DNA from: Kudoa neothunni
Lineage: Eukaryota; Animalia; Cnidaria
Assembly: GCA_964304625.1 (NCBI GenBank)
Contig: OZ199838.1
Span: forward strand, 4,793,289 to 4,857,288
Length of the DNA stretch: 64,000 nt
Direction: 5' to 3'
In this document: piece after piece, positions 50,953-63,900 of the stretch
How the letters are laid out: each line of letters starts with the position of its first letter
Numbering within the stretch: the first letter of the stretch is position 1
Program-made: the position numbers and the translations under genes
Notes under the pieces: model-generated
What the model was told of the DNA's origin: nothing
The model's database searches: none
Seen by the model: only the letters and a program-made list of their open reading frames with translations

Positions 50953-53847
50953 TTAATCTAATGGGTTTGTGATTTGGAAAAGTCCAAATTTATCAGTATA
51001 GTATTTCCATGTTTTTTTGTTGTTGACCAAATTATTGACAATTTCAACAGCCTCGCCAATCTAACGTAACCATGAAAAAAGCTTCGCACAAAATCACATA
51101 CAGATGTTCTTATTTGCGTAGTGGAATCTCTTTCACGTACGGTCACAGTAGCTTTTTCGAGGTTGGTTTCTTTAAGAGTATCAAAATCTATAGTGAAAAT
51201 AAATGGGATTCCAATTTCATCAGTTCTAGCATATCGACGTCCAATCGATCCACTATAGTCATCCTTCTTATAAGATAGACCACACTCGTTACAGCGATCG
51301 ACTATAACTCAAAATTAACGAAAAAAATTGAATAATCAATTCACTTATTTCATTAATGTATGGAATGAAATGGTTCTTTTTGCTTATAGGAAGTATAGCG
51401 CATTTGATTGGGGCAACTATACTGGGTATGGCCAGATACTACATTGAATGTTTGCTGGAATAAAATCTAAGTGACCGGCTAAAACACAACCTGTCTAGAC
51501 GGATCGTCCGATCTAGTTCTGAACACATGCTCGAGAAGTGAGTACATAATTCTTCCAAGTCCAAACGAAGGTTCGATCACATGAGGTTCAATATCAATAA
51601 CTAAATCATATTCGAATTGTTAGAACGTTTGAGTTGGTACCCACAAATCTACCATAAACATCGTTGATCTTTTGTTCTACTTTTAACACCATCTCTTTAG
51701 TGATAGTATATTCTTTGTCGTTTACAGTGGCAACGAAACAACTAGTTAGACAATTTTGATCATTACTATAAACAGATTCATAAATATTAATACCCCATAT
51801 CGCAAAGTTGTTTCTCATAAGCCATTACTTGCTGCTTGTCGAGTTTTTCGATAAAGATTGAAATATCGTTGGAATCCTTTTTGAAAGTCTTACCGACGAG
51901 TTTTTTGTCCAAAATAAAACGATATATTTCAACTTTTATCTAAAAAAATAATTTTATATGTGGTTAACAAAACACACAATCTATACGGTTTATCGAGGTC
52001 TTGTTGAGCTACCAACTTCTCGTTAGTGTGTAATGTGTGTTGTTTTAAATCATAACAGCTTCTATCGGCACATCCAACACATTCAATCCAACCCTAATAA
52101 TAAAAAAATTGAATTAATACCAAATACAAAGTTTTATCTATTAAAGTTATACATAGGATGTTTTAATTTCAGCATCCCAACACTCACATGCATAATGCGC
52201 CATTTCATTTGGAAGATGCTGACGGAATCTTAGTAGGTCAGGATTCACACCAACAGCCAACAAAAACATGCTGATTCTCCCAATAAAATATGCCACTGTG
52301 GTGTTGGAAATAACTTTTGAATCAACAGCCTCTTTCAGAGTCATTTGTTTAGGACTAGAGCCTGACAGTTGCATTGTCGTAGCATACAACTTAACAATAA
52401 CATCCTGCACCTGACCAAACCTAGGATGAGACTTGTCATTAGGATTGACAAAATGTTCAATTTCAGCCATTGTAAACTCTCTAAGAGCACACATAAATAT
52501 TTTTTAATTAAAAGTTCGACAAAATAACCAACCTAACACGAAGCAATCCTGATCTAGGTGAAATCTCATTTCTGAATCCGCATCCCCACTTGAGCAGCTG
52601 CAAACGGTAGTTTACCATTGTTGAATTCCAACAGACGTTTAAAATTGACAAATATTCCTTGTGCTGTCTCAGGTCTTAAGAATCTATAAATCAGTTGAAT
52701 AAATTTTAGCAAAATCCACATAATTAACCCTTTTAGTGCCCCTGTAGGACCAATGGATGTTGAAAACATTAAATTGAACTCGGCGGCTTTAGTAAGTTTA
52801 TTATTTAGGTTGGAATTAATAGAGTATTTTTCAATAATTTCGTCTAATTTTTCTGCGCCGTAATTATCCAACTATACCGATCAGTTCATCGTTCGATCAG
52901 TTAAAACTAATAACTAAATTACTTCTCGCAGAATAACTTCACATTCAGATTTGGTGGCTTCGTTTGTTTTCTTGTTTGATAACAACTTTTCGATGTGTGC
53001 TACAGATGATAATTAGACAACAAGAACATTAAAGTAAATTCACTGGGATTCAAACAAGTGAACACTACCTTTAATAAGATGGTCAGCTCTATAACAGTCT
53101 CCAGTTACTGTATCCTTAACCATTAAATCTACGAATTTTTTCACATGACCAGATGCTCTTAAATTAATATTAATATCTTTATTTAAAATTTGTTTTTGTT
53201 TTACTCGAGAACATGATATGGGGTCAATGAGAACAATGCACTTCAAGCATTTGATCGTGGATAATAAAATGCTTTTTCCAAAGACTAATAACGTTCGATT
53301 CTAGAGCTGCACCCATGGGTCCGTAATCATATAGTCCGGAAACACCTAACGACATTTCCAAACGAAAAATCCAATATGTTTATTACCTCCATAGATTTCA
53401 AATGATGGTGCATAAAAAAATCTTCTTTTTAAAAGATCCTCAACCTTTGAACGATCTAACACCGGTTCCGATGGATTTGATTGTTTTTCCTAATTAACAA
53501 CATGTAAATGGAGTTAAATAAGCCATTCCATTAGAAAATAGAAACCATTTGATTTAATTTGCTTTTGCGTAAATTGAGTTCCCTTACAGCACACAAAATA
53601 TCCATATCAGTTGCATTATTTTCCTTTAGTTTACGTACGAAATCACCCTACAATCGAATGATTCTACTTCTATTAAATACTGTTTACTTGTTCTTTTTAT
53701 GGCTAACTTTAAAACTTCTAATTCTCCAGTTGAAGACATTTTTCTTATGCTCAATGTATATTTTGATTTGATCCCGTTAGCGAAAAATGTGCCAAGTTTA
53801 ATGAAACTATACAACGGAATCTGGACACTGCGCAATAACAGTGACAT
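50953..53847 (-). CDS. GARS1: Glycyl-tRNA synthetase (eukaryotic alpha2 type, WHEP domain); four single-base frame breaks in this sequence
   Basis: Spliced pieces [10 protein letters not shown] (WHEP), [91 protein letters not shown] and [16 protein letters not shown]; about 16 short GT-AG introns; ATGs at 53847 and 53739. Confidence 0.95.
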
Positions 53848-53929
53848 ATGCACGTGCTATCGACGTTCGTTGTTTTTTGATTGGTCTTCTTCCGCATATA
53901 AAGAATCAAGTTTTAGAGTTTTATGTAAT

Positions 53930-54460
53930 TCATAGACTAAAAAATATCGTATTAAATATTTTTTCAATACGAAAATATTTTATTGCCGTAAAGCTCCAAA
54001 TCATTTGTCTTATTAGGAGAATGAATTTTATTGCCTTATTTACAATGATGATAAGACCAAATTTTTTAAATTGATGCCTTTTGGCAATAATGTAGATTTT
54101 TTTCAGGATAAATGTGGCAGAAGCTATTGGCATGATAAATTTTAGTCCTAAACGGTATGTATGTTTGCCTTATGGAAATTTTAATCCCAGAAACTATTAC
54201 TCACAATCTGTATACAATTTTAATTTTCTAGAATCTGCTATATTAAATTATTTAGTTCTACTGCTTCGCTCTTAGGCGCCACAAACAATTATAGTCCAAA
54301 TTAGAGACACCTGAATATTATTTGCCGTGCCAATAAGCCACCTTGCAAAAGCACTTTGGTATAGTCCTGTATCACCTTAGTATGCAATCATGGGCTAGCA
54401 GCTATTAGTATTTTCTACTATCTCATTCACTATTCATTTGTCTGGACATTTTATTGATTT
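53930..54460 (+). pseudogene. Disrupted spliced ORF divergent from GlyRS, possibly GT32-like
   Basis: Pieces FYCLIYNDD..FF..MPF..VDFFRI, an intron at ~54145-54231, and YHLSMQSW. Contains in-frame stops and frameshifts. Confidence 0.3.
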
Positions 54461-54539
54461 CAATCTTTTGTTTTTATATTAGAATATTTTTGTACGTGGT
54501 GAAAAACTCAATCACAAATACGGGTCTAAGGAGTTAGGA

Positions 54540-54610
54540 CAATGGTTCTTAAACCTTTTTTCTCAGCTGACCCCCAATTTGTTTAAGGACTTATCACGGA
54601 CCCCTATCTT
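54540..54610 (+). mobile_element. Orphan hAT (Buster-like) terminus
   Basis: CAATGGTTCTTAAACCTTTT resembles the TIR at 24947 and is followed by two GACCCC repeats; partner end not found. Confidence 0.45.
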
Positions 54611-54849
54611 GTTTTAATGCATAATCCAATCATACATATAAATATTTTACACTTACGTTCCCATTGTTCACTTCAGTGAATAGATCAAAAAAGATTTAAG
54701 ATTATTGTTAAATTATTTATTTAAACAAGAATAAATTTAAAATTGTATATAATTTTAATATTAGTTTGATTTAAAAAGTTCTTTATGAAAAAGGAAAATT
54801 TGGGAACGAAAATAAAAACTTGAATTACACATCTATTACCTCCGATTTC

Positions 54850-55936
54850 GGCTGACCTTGCATATAGGGGCCCCTAATCCCATATGTGCTGGCGCTTGGT
54901 CACTTCTATTAAAAATGATTCCTCCTGTGAAGAAATTGCAAAATATTTTCTATTCTGAAGATGCTGCAATAAAATTCCTATTCGAAAAAGGGATCATAAA
55001 CAAGCCAAGCCGTTGCGTTTACTACGGAAGCAATGGTTTCTCTATAGATCGCAAACAATGGCGTTGTACAAAAAAAGATTGTAGGAAAAAAGTGTCCTTT
55101 TTCAATGGTACTTTCTTTTCTTTGTGCAAGTTGTCAATAAATGAATTGCTTGAATTTTCGTACTATTTGTTGACTGGAGTTAAATCAACACAACTCGGTT
55201 TTATAACTGGACACTCGACAAATACTATTTCAAGATACTCGATGTAATAAAGACAACTAATGGTTGATAATTTAGATTTCGAAGACATCATAATAGGAGG
55301 TCCAGGTATAGTCGTGGAAATCAACGAATCCAAATTCGGAGAAAATAAATACCACCGTGGACATCCTGTTAATGATGCCTGGATCCTTGGTGGAGTTGAA
55401 AGAACCGAAGAGAGAAGGATCCTCCTTACTGAAGTTTCTGACAGACAAGCAGAGACTTTAATCTCTCTTATTAAGACGTATGTCAGAGAAGGCTCAATCA
55501 TTATAACCGATTGCTCCTCGAGCTACCAGAATCTCCACCAACATTATCACCGACTCCGTGACTGGCGCACATACAAACACCATCGAAGGTACATGGAACG
55601 CCAAAAAATATCGAATTTCTCCAAGAAGCCGAACACCATCCATCAATGATAACAGAGAAATTGTCCAAAGTGTCATAGATGAATTTTTGTTTGAATTCCA
55701 ATGGAGGCGCAAAAACAATGCAAACCTATGGAATGGATTTTTGGGATCACTCAAAAAACGTTTATTACATACAAAATAATGTGAACCATTTCTATATTTT
55801 ATCATTTAAGATCAAATAAAAGGATACATATCGTTCAATCACTAACGACAAGTGTTGCAAAATGTAATCCGATTTTTGCGCATTAATCAGATTAATATAT
55901 ATGGCGGATTAGGGACCCCTGTACTGCATCAGATCC
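54850..55936 (+). mobile_element. Merlin (ISXO2-like) element with near-complete but disrupted transposase
   Basis: IGGPGIVVEINESKFG..KYHRGH, WILGGVER, IITDC and TGAHTNTIEGTW across three ORFs (54915-55779). Imperfect TIRs share AGGGGYCCCTAATCC; TSD not evident. Confidence 0.9.
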
Positions 55937-58900
55937 AAACACCACGTTGTCTCGTTTAGAATAAAAATTATTTCGCTATTTTGTTTTATTACAGGTGAAA
56001 AAATAATTAGGGACATATCTTGAAAGAAAAGCAAATTTATGGGATAAAGAAAATTTAGCTCGAAATAGGGCGAAGGATACTTGAACATTGTCGAGTTGGA
56101 TTAATTTTTGGTGATGCGTTCATTTGGAGTAGCTACTCCTCAGGTTGAGAGTTCTCATAGAAGTGTCTCTCAAGCCACTCAGGATAGTTACGTAATCTTC
56201 GGTTTTATGAATTTCCTGATGCCAATAATGGTCTTAACCCGATGTCAACCCTGCCAGTATTACCCAATACTGACTACAGGGATATCTGATCAACATAAGT
56301 TTTGAAAAAATCGTGATAGAAAATATTTCAGGTATTACTTATTTCTAAACAAATAATCTATAAATTTGTTTGTTTCTTAAACACGTGTATTTTGAATTTT
56401 CTAAAGTTTTGAGCGGTCTAAACCTCATCTATCAACTTTTGGGATCATCAAGGATAAAATAAGTGAATTTTTAGCGTTTTCGATCCAAATATATATTTTG
56501 AATAGAAGAAGCCGAATACGCATTATTGCTACGATGAATTGTTGCACTAACGAAAAAATATTGATTTTTTTATCAAGTTGTAGCTTACCAAAGTTTAATG
56601 TGAGCTCATGATTCATTAGATATGATTTTCGAGCACGAATTGTAAAAATCTTATCCGTAATAAAATGTTTCGCTTTCTGGGGTTGGTCGAAACTCATTGG
56701 ATATTAATTAATTATGTTTAATTTGGACTTCTCTTATATTCCGCGTCCAATCGAATTTTACGATTGAATTGAATGCTCTTGTATTCATTTATGGTAGTCA
56801 TTAGAGCGTAAATAAGCACAGCATGGAAAGTATGAAACCTCTTTCTCCTGTCTTAGTTCAACGGTGTTCGGTGAGTTTGGATTACATAAGATCATTCAAT
56901 AGATACAGGTTTGATGTTGACTTATAATTGTGTGGATGGGTTATTATCTTGTATAAGTTCAAATCGACATTGTAACCAATAGTTATTGATCAGGAATTAA
57001 AAAGTTAGATTCGAATGCATTAATCATTTTGTATGAAGAAGATTATTTGTAAAGGTCGCAGTGAAGAAAATGCGACCCAAGTAATATTCGTCTCTGACTA
57101 TTTTTCGAGTGTATTATGTATTGCTCCGAAAGTGCTGGGTGTTGATTGACTTTGGCATTGTCAGGTAGTGTGAACCTTATTTGTTTTAATGACCTCTACG
57201 TTGGGAAAATTTAATTTCGTTTAAATTCACTAAAAATTCTGTTGCGACAAGCTCAAAGGTAAAACCACAATTATAACTACGGTTGATTAGGCAATGAAAC
57301 GCCGATAACGACTGTTTGGCAACAATTCATCCAATTTGAGCGTTAATATTGTGCTATCTGCTATGACCCATTTCAATTGAATTCTTTCGGATAAATAAAA
57401 AATGAGCACATTTATAAGCGATAATATATCAATTATTACATCATTCTCAGTAATTAATAAAAGTATTATATTCTAAAATTCCTAGAAATTATTACATGTT
57501 CATTTCAGATGGTATTACACCTTTGTAACCGCTTTGCAGCTATTTATTTATCTTTTCATATTCTAATTATTTTCTTTTTCCATGCTATAACTTGTGATAT
57601 CTCAATAATTAGAACATTTTTAATTATGAAAAAAATTCTTGCTGGACATATTTTTAATTGCCGTGGAATTTTTTTTTATATTATTTTTCTGTCATTATCA
57701 AAAAATTGTTTTCAATTTTAACATGAGAAATAAAGACTTTAAAGTTTTCCTTTTGCATCTAATAATTCCGTACAAAGTACGTTTGAATTTACTTCCAATG
57801 ATTTGATGAATATCATCTCATTTTCCCGTGGTAGGGTATCTATTAAAATAATTTCTTTGTTAAAAAATGTACTTACTTAAGTTAAGTATGTTGTACAATA
57901 ACATCGCCCGGTGTTAAATATTGCCAAGACAGTCTTAACCTAAATAAGCGCATGGTCATGCGCTAACTCGTTGCGGGGAAAATCGAATTTACGTGTTAAA
58001 GTATGTTAATTTTTTTTTAATTTAATAAATTAAAATTTTTATGTAATTTAAACTTCTTGAATTGCGAATCGAATATCAAACCACGTTAAATAGAAGCCGT
58101 ACAGCGAATTTAAGCCTGTCGTTCAATCCGGGGTGGGTCATATTCTATCAACCAAAATGTTTTAAAACTACAGCCGAAAATTGTATATTATTTAAAAAAT
58201 ATTGACAAATAATTAAGAAAATTTTTAATGGACGAAATTTAATGGAATTTTTGGAACACCAACGGTGTTGAGCAGATCGTAGATTTAAATTACGCTCATT
58301 TTTAATGTTTCCATCGACTGAATAACTACATAAAATATGAATGAACAGAAAGTAAGAGTTATTAATTCTTTTAACTCAGAGGCTCTCAACCAGAGGTTAA
58401 ACTAGGTGACATCCAAGTTAGATGGATATGGGAAATTTTTGCAAAATGCGATTTGTTATACATTCAAGGATTTCTAATAAGTTATATCAATCAGAGCGAT
58501 TAAACTCAATTAAGATGTTGGTTTAAATTCTTAAAAAATTTTTTAGGAATGGCTATTTAACAATTATTTATAAAATTATTACCAGTCTATTATGCCTCGT
58601 TAACCTTTTAGAGATGAAACCTAATAATACATAAATGATTATATAATCTCAAAGTAGATTTGAATTTGAATACCAGGTTAAGGGATTAAATTTTGATTTT
58701 TCAACCGGCCCAGGGGGTAATTAAAAAAATTAATCTGATTATATTTTGTTCATTCGAACAAATTTTAGAGCTTATCTTTGTTCTTTCGTCAACATTAAAC
58801 ATTTTGCGCCACAAAACTCAATCCATATTTTAATTATTAAAATGTTTGACTCTGAGGTGACGAGTGAAGTTAGGCATACGAAGAATTATCTCAGCAGTGC

Positions 58901-59889
58901 ACAAATTTTTGGAATCTTGGGCCAAATTTTAATCTTCAAAAACATCCAGGGCCAGAATGTTCAAAACAAAACCTAGATCAAATTTGGATAAATTTACGAA
59001 TTTAAAACAAAGTATTCAAAGTAATTCATAAATAAGAGTTTACTAAATGTTTTAAATTGAATAACGAATGGCAGAAGACAAATAATATTCGTCTCCTATT
59101 GAATAAAAAATGTCTTTCAAGGCGTCACTAAATCTTCTATTCTAATCATCAACTTTTTTCGGGATTTCAGTCATTTTAACTGGGAAATAAAACAAAAAAA
59201 GTTGAATTAAATATGAGATATTCCTTGAGTTAGCAAAATGGTTGTGTGCGCACCATCGACTCTAACGGATGTTTATTCTTTGTGTCAAATCTCATTTTAT
59301 TTTACGGTTTGTTTATATTTATTATAGAAACTTTCCCAAAGCTTTGATTTGGACGCACAATATAAATATCTTATTTTTTCGCATTGTTTATAAAACGCAT
59401 TTTAATTATTAATCTCATTTTAACTGAACTTGAACTTCGGGTCAACATTATCAAGCGAATTTTTAAATTATAAATCCTCCCAGCATCTGTATAATTTTCT
59501 TCTCCTCCATACACACCAAAGGAGAAATAATTAAAATTAGTACATGAACTCCGACTATAAAAACTTTTTTTCTACATCACATGGTGAAGTGGCTAATAGC
59601 AATAAGTCTCTTTGCTTATTTAGAGAGTTTATTTTAAATGTTTCGTTCTTAATTGTTCACATATAATAAAAAACTTCAAGAAATTTTTTAATAGCTTCAT
59701 TAGGGTTTCTCGATATATTCAATATCTAGATAAACAAATTGAAGTTAAGAAGCTCTATTATATATTTTAAAATAAAGTCTAATCTTTAAGTCTTACATCC
59801 GCTTTTTAACATTTTTTTTCTGTGGTTGTTTTAAGAATAATTTCAGAAAGTTTATGTCAGGTGTAATAAGAAAAAAGAAATCAATATAG

Positions 59890-60884
59890 CAAGGGTGACC
59901 AAACCGTGGCTTTTGAAAGAATTCTTGAGTTTAATTTCTTTTCAATTCAACCAGAACGTTAATTTAGAGAAGTACAACGTTTAAACTATTTAATCAAGTG
60001 AAGAAGTGACCTCTTTAATCGTAAACCAGATAATATTTTTGATTAGAAAATATAATCACAAACTACCATATAATTTTAATATTTGATGCAAACTAGGATT
60101 ATAACTAGTTCCATTAGGAAATACAGTTAGAACTAGTGTTTATCCATTACCAAAGTGATAGAAATAGATATCGAAAGAATAAAACACGCGTTAAAACTTT
60201 AAAGTTGATTCATAATTCCAACTCACTGAGCGAATTTTGGAAATACATTCCAGAAACTAAATATTCGAAATTAAAAGAGAGCTGCCTCAAACATGTTTCT
60301 ATGCTTGGAACAACTTATTGTTGTGAGTTTATTTATTCAACAATGGAGTTTGTAAAATCGAATCATCGCAAATCCTTCACAAACACCTGACAGAACTAAT
60401 TCGCGCAGCGTTAATTGTATACGAACCGGATTGCAGTCAGTTCACTGATATATGGAAACATAGAAAACTTGTTACAATCGAAAAAATTTCTTGTGTTATT
60501 ACTTTATTAGTAAATATTTAATTTTTGTCAGACATTAATACATGATTAAACATGAAAAATACTTTATTAATTTTGCGACCCTTTTCATCGAGAAAAAGTG
60601 TCTTGGATCATTAACTATTAATTTACTTTTTTGGGAAAACCATAATAAATTATAACTGTAAAAATTATACGTAAGTTTTCCAGCGATTAACTAGTTAAGA
60701 AAAATTTAATAAACCTTTATTTATAATTCTACAGCATTTTATCTTAATATTTAACAAAAATATTCTAAAAATGTAAGTTTTAAATAATGAAGAGGTACAT
60801 AAATGATTGTAATGCCTTATAGCTCTTGAAAGTTTTGGTAACCTTAAAGTTGGCTCCCGATCTGAACATGTCTGGCCACTCCTG
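59890..60884 (+). mobile_element. Deleted hAT element (GTF2IRD2/SPIN-like C-terminal remnant)
   Basis: Termini CAAGGGTGACCAAA / CAGGAGTGGCCAGA; TSD caatatag/caacatag (7/8). Dimerisation-domain remnant FWKYIPETKY..LK...SMLGTTYCCE at 60136-60390. Confidence 0.8.
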
Positions 60885-60985
60885 CAACATAGCATTCGCA
60901 AACAAAGGAGAATGATAGTAGGATGCACCACGTCGTGCGCACGCAATCAACTTATATCACAGTCGTTTCTGTGTATGGAATCACT

Positions 60986-63900
60986 ATGACTGACGATTTT
61001 GCCGAGCGTGATCCTTCTATTAAAAGGTCCAGTTCGGATAAACATCGACATGCGAGTTATAAATCACACAAAAGAAACCTTGACACGTCATCCACAACTG
61101 AAGGAAAACGATTCAAACCTAATGAATCGGCCGTAGGACGAAAAAATCAAAAATCCAATTCTCCAAAAGATCATGTATCAATGAGAAACGAATCGGTACA
61201 TTCGACAAGAAGTGAAAAAAAGAAAACCGGTCACAATTCATCTTCCGCCACCACTAAATCTCATAGTGGAAAAAGTGATTCTGGTTCCAAAAAAAAATCA
61301 TCAGGTAATGTCCCAACAACTACATCAACATTTTCTTCGAAGTATGATGATAAAAGAAAAAAATCAACTTCTTTCTTTGAGACTATCCACAATTCGATCA
61401 CTTCCAAGCATTATGCCTTAGAAGAAAAATTACTCAACTCAGGCAGCGATAGCAGTACCGAGGAGGGCACCACCATGAAAATGAATTTGGACGACGAATT
61501 GTTTCGAGATATTCTGCTAGAAGAACAACTACTCGAAACTTCCAATACGGTGGGGATAATTAGTTTTATCGTTACTTGGTAAAACGGAAATCTAAACTTT
61601 TTTGAACAGGTGAGGGAAGAGACTGCTCAAAGTGAAAAATATGGGAACGTTAAAAACACCTCTAATTATACATCGACTATTTCGTCTACTTCGTTCACCT
61701 CGTCTATGGCTGTTCCTCCTAATAATGTAAATGATGTGCCAACTTCTCCACCAACTCCTCCTCCACCACCACTTAAACCCCCCTCGCCTCCGGCTCCACC
61801 AGGTATCATTAATCAAATGGCAAAGTGTATAAGTATTATTGTTGTTGTTGTTTTAGCTGATATCAGTTCAAATGGAGCTCTTCCATCATACATGAATGCT
61901 GTCGAAAGTGTCGAGATAGCTGAATGTTCTGACATGGATATATCCGAAGTTTCGGCACATACACCTGAAAGCAACTCGACGAACAATGAAAGTGAAGACG
62001 ATCAATTGTATCTTCTATCGTTAGCCAAACCTGTCAGGATTGTCCCAAATGAATTTCCTGGTGGTGTGGCTCCACACAACATAATGCAGCCTCGCTTTCC
62101 ACCAACTTTTGTCGCTCCTCCGCCTCCTCCTCCCCCGCCGTTTTCGCAACCAGCAAATTTTATGCCCATTCCACCTCAACCAATCAACCCTTACGCTAAC
62201 AGTATAATTCAAGTCAACTAATATTGTTTGTTTGATTGTTTGTTTGGTGGATTTAGGTTTTTCATACCCACCGAATGTTCCTGTGGGTGGCCAACCCCTT
62301 CAACCTCAACAGGTAAATTTCATTTGGTTTTTTGATTTTATGTGTGTATGCATAGGCATTTCAGCACTCTTCTGTGCCACCATTTGTCCCTGGTTCCAAT
62401 ACAATGATGGCTCCAATTCATCATCATCCCTTCAATCCAACACCTAATCCCGTTCCTCATCCTCATGCGATGCGAGTGGCTCCGGCAGAACCTCCTCCCA
62501 TTCCACATATAAATAAAAATCCAACTTTTCAACCCCAATACAACAACTATAGAATGTCACATCAACCCCATATTAACTATTCTGCGTTAAATCGCCCCAA
62601 CATTTCAACTATTCCAACCGGTGGCGGCGAACCTCAGTTTCTACTCAAAACCAACAACCATCCTCCTATTGTCAACAGCAACAATAATAATAATTTACTC
62701 TACCCTAACAACTACTATGGAAATGGTAATGTTGCCGCTATGCCGCCCGCCAATTGTAATCCACCACCATCACATCCAACCGTAAATGCAAGCCCCTCAC
62801 AAAACCCACAACTCAACTGTTACCTATCTCCTCTCGGCAACAATAACGACAAAAATATAGAAGCGGCTGCGACAATCACCTTACCAAATCATGTCAATCA
62901 ACCACCAATAGTGATCAGCCCACAAAAAGATGCGTTTGATTTGTTGCCTACTGTTGCGAAAGATTACATCAACCTTAACCACACTGACAGTACTGGAAAA
63001 ACTATGGCAGCTGAAACCATTTATAGGGATTATCATAAGAATTGGAGTGGCATATCGAGAATTTGGGGGGAAAGAAGTTTAAATTCGTTTGAAATTGTGT
63101 GTCAAGTTGGAGAAGGAACCTACGGCAAGGTGTACCGATCGAAAGATTTGTTTAGAGATGAGATCGTTGCGTTGAAAAAGATTCGCAATAATTTCGACCA
63201 TGAAGGTTTCCCAATCACCGCCGTGCGTGAAATTAAAATACTTAGACAGTTGTGTCATCCTAATATTGTTAAATTGCGTGATGTAATATCGGACAAAAGC
63301 AATGTATCTGATTTTTTAACCAGCCCAGGTAGATGATAATTTGTTGTGATACACCACATGCTGTTGATCAATTGATATTCTCGTGGTTAATATGTCTAAT
63401 ACGTCACTTGTAGGTGCATTCTATCTTGTTTTCGAATACATGGAGCATGATTTGCTGGGTGTGTTGGAGTCGTGTAAAGTGACATTCAGTAATTTGCAAA
63501 TCCAATCACTATTCAAACAACTCATGGAAGCGCTGAATTATTGTCACAATCGCAACTTTTTACATCGTGATCTCAAATGTTCTAATATCCTATTGAACAA
63601 TAAGTAATTTGTTGATAGCTCAGCGACAAATACTCAATTCGCATATCGTTGTTAATACTTGTTCTGAGTAGCAATTTATTTTAGAGGGGTGTTGAAATTG
63701 GCCGATTTCGGATTGGCCAGGTTGTACGAAAGTGAAGGCCGTCCATACACCAACAAAGTTATCACACTGTGGTATCGCCCACCTGAGTTGTTGTTCGGCC
63801 AAGAACGTTATGGCCCTTATGTGGATATTTGGAGTGCCGGATGTATTCTCGGGGAACTGTTCACCAAACGCCCCATACTTTCCGGCAATAAAGAAATTGT

